Below are positions 37,084 to 38,154 of a DNA stretch of 38,154 nt, in pieces. Location of the stretch: contig CAINSX010000019.1 in assembly GCA_903853185.1 (NCBI GenBank), forward strand, positions 1 through 38,154, given 5' to 3'. The stretch's first letter is position 1. Every line of letters begins with the position of its first letter. The position numbers and the translations under genes are program-made. Under the pieces are notes generated by a model. That model made no database searches and was not told the DNA's origin. It saw nothing but the letters and a program-made list of their open reading frames with translations. The stretch comes from an uncultured Opitutia bacterium (GTDB taxonomy: Bacteria > Verrucomicrobiota > Verrucomicrobiia > Opitutales > UBA953).

Positions 37084-38034
37084 ATGAGCGCCCCGCAGCG
37101 CCTGACCCCTGCAGCCACCGCCCGCCTTAAAACGGGCGGTGATTGTTTACGCTTCGCCAACCGACTGTTCAAGTCGGCCGGCATCGCGCATGGCCAGGGC
37201 TTCGTGAACGCCGAGGAAGAATCCCTGACCCTCTTGGGCCATGCCACCGGCCTGGCCTGGGAGAAACTCCCCTCCTGCTTCAAGCGCGCCCTGACGGCCA
37301 AGGAGAAGGCCTCCTTCCTCTCGCTGGTGGAACGTCGCGTCTTCGACCGCGTTCCCACTGGCTACCTCGTCGGTGAAGCCTGGCTGGGCGGCCTGCGCTT
37401 CCGCATCGATGAACGCGTGATCATCCCGCGCTCCTACTTCGTTGAACTGATCCCCGAGGCCATCCCGCAGTGGCTGCCACCCGTCGCGCAAGTGACCGAT
37501 GTGGCCGATATCTGCACGGGCTCAGGCTGCCTCGCCATCCTGCTCGCGAAGCGCTTTCCGAAGGCGCACGTCCATGCGACCGACCTTTCGCCACCAGCGC
37601 TCGAAGTGGCTGCGCTGAATATCGCCGACCACAAGCTGGCGAAGCGCGTGACGCTCCACGAGACGGACACGATGACGGCTTTGCTCAAGAGCCCGAAGTT
37701 CGACCTGATCCTCAGTAACCCGCCTTACGAACCGGAAGGCATCTACCGCCGCCTACCGGCCGAATTCAAGAAGGAGCCGAAGGGCTCGCTGGTCTCGGGC
37801 AAGGACGGCCTCGACGTCATCCGCAAGCTACTCGCCCAAGCGCGCGAAACGCTGAAGCCGCACGGCATCCTCGTCATCGAGGTCGGAGGGCTCCAGAAGG
37901 CGATGCACCTGGCTTGGCCGAAGCTGCCAATCATGTGGTTACCGACGGCGGACGGCGCCGACTGCGTCTGCCTGATCCACGCTTCCGACCTTCGCCGCGC
38001 ACTGCCGTCACCAGGCGCGCGGCGCAGCCGTTGA
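37084..38034 (+). CDS. prmB: 50S ribosomal protein L3 N5-glutamine methyltransferase (HemK-family)
   Basis: It aligns along its length to E. coli PrmB as I recall it: IDERVIIPRSYFVELI (E. coli VDERVLVPRSPIGELI), the SAM motif DICTGSGCLAI and the catalytic LILSNPPYEP (NPPY). Confidence 0.85.
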   Translation: MSAPQRLTPAATARLKTGGDCLRFANRLFKSAGIAHGQGFVNAEEESLTLLGHATGLAWEKLPSCFKRALTAKEKASFLSLVERRVFDRVPTGYLVGEAWLGGLRFRIDERVIIPRSYFVELIPEAIPQWLPPVAQVTDVADICTGSGCLAILLAKRFPKAHVHATDLSPPALEVAALNIADHKLAKRVTLHETDTMTALLKSPKFDLILSNPPYEPEGIYRRLPAEFKKEPKGSLVSGKDGLDVIRKLLAQARETLKPHGILVIEVGGLQKAMHLAWPKLPIMWLPTADGADCVCLIHASDLRRALPSPGARRSR

Positions 38035-38154
38035 TTCGAGCCGATCCTGCGTCGCCTTCGGTAACTTCGGGAAGAAATCCAACCCGGTCAGTTCCTCGAT
38101 ACGACGGATGCTTACGACGTAGCGCGTTAGCTCCGCATCGCGCCACTTCTCCTC
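38008..38154 (-). CDS. C-terminal fragment of a DNA/RNA non-specific endonuclease-like protein; 5' part lies outside the window
   Basis: My own minus-strand translation entering from the right edge gives EEKWRDAELTRYVVSIRRIEELTGLDFFPKLPKATQDRLESTAAPRAW, with the stop at 38010-38008. The segment SIRRIEELTGLDFFP resembles the conserved C-terminal segment of NUC/EndoG-type nucleases. Only 48 residues are visible. Confidence 0.4.
   Translation of the reverse strand, partial: EEKWRDAELTRYVVSIRRIEELTGLDFFPKLPKATQDRLESTAAPRAW

Noticed and set aside
37931-38146. 71-aa minus-strand ORF from the track at the right edge
   Set aside because: Its product is Arg/Gly-rich with no similarity to anything I recognise, and it overlaps prmB by about 100 nt. 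A different minus-strand frame that is open to the window edge (38008..38154) gives a nuclease-like C-terminus, so I reported that frame instead.

Overview
This is a gene-dense, high-GC (about two-thirds G+C by eye) bacterial chromosomal segment. I saw no rRNA, tRNA, CRISPR array, transposase or integrase. The family mix (GldG-like/DUF4340 pair, DUF1080-like protein, YncE-propeller/phosphoesterase fusion) suggests Verrucomicrobiota or a related PVC lineage, but that is inference only.

Gene content, left to right:
- Minus strand, 1-6 kb: a TolC / MacA-like / split MacB-like efflux operon, extended by two paralogous secreted esterases.
- Minus strand, 6-10 kb: an FKBP isomerase and carB.
- Plus strand, 10-16 kb: folB-folK-comEC, an orphan 831-aa secreted protein and a DUF1080-like protein.
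- Plus strand, 16-21.6 kb: a tightly packed ribB(A)-ribH-nusB-ftsY-aroB block followed by an amidohydrolase-like gene.
- 21.6-27 kb: a phosphohexomutase with a small lipoprotein gene (minus), a YfgM-like protein (plus), and a beta-propeller/phosphoesterase fusion (minus).
- Plus strand, 27-35 kb: a five-gene translationally coupled ABC-2 / GldG-like / DUF4340 / AsmA-like envelope cluster.
- Plus strand, 35-38 kb: accB-accC-prmB, then a partial convergent nuclease-like gene at the right edge.

Main findings:
1. The nusB gene carries an N-terminal ribosomal-protein-S10 (NusE)-like domain whose ribosome-insertion loop is shortened. It looks like a natural single-chain NusE-NusB.
2. The RibBA-type protein has a GTP-cyclohydrolase-II half that has lost all three zinc cysteines (RibBX-like). 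There is also no room for an FMN riboswitch upstream of it.
3. The ABC/GldG/DUF4340/AsmA-like cluster sits directly upstream of accBC.

The many long antisense ORFs in the track are GC-driven shadows. All calls come from reading translated sequence and motifs. No HMM or BLAST search was possible.
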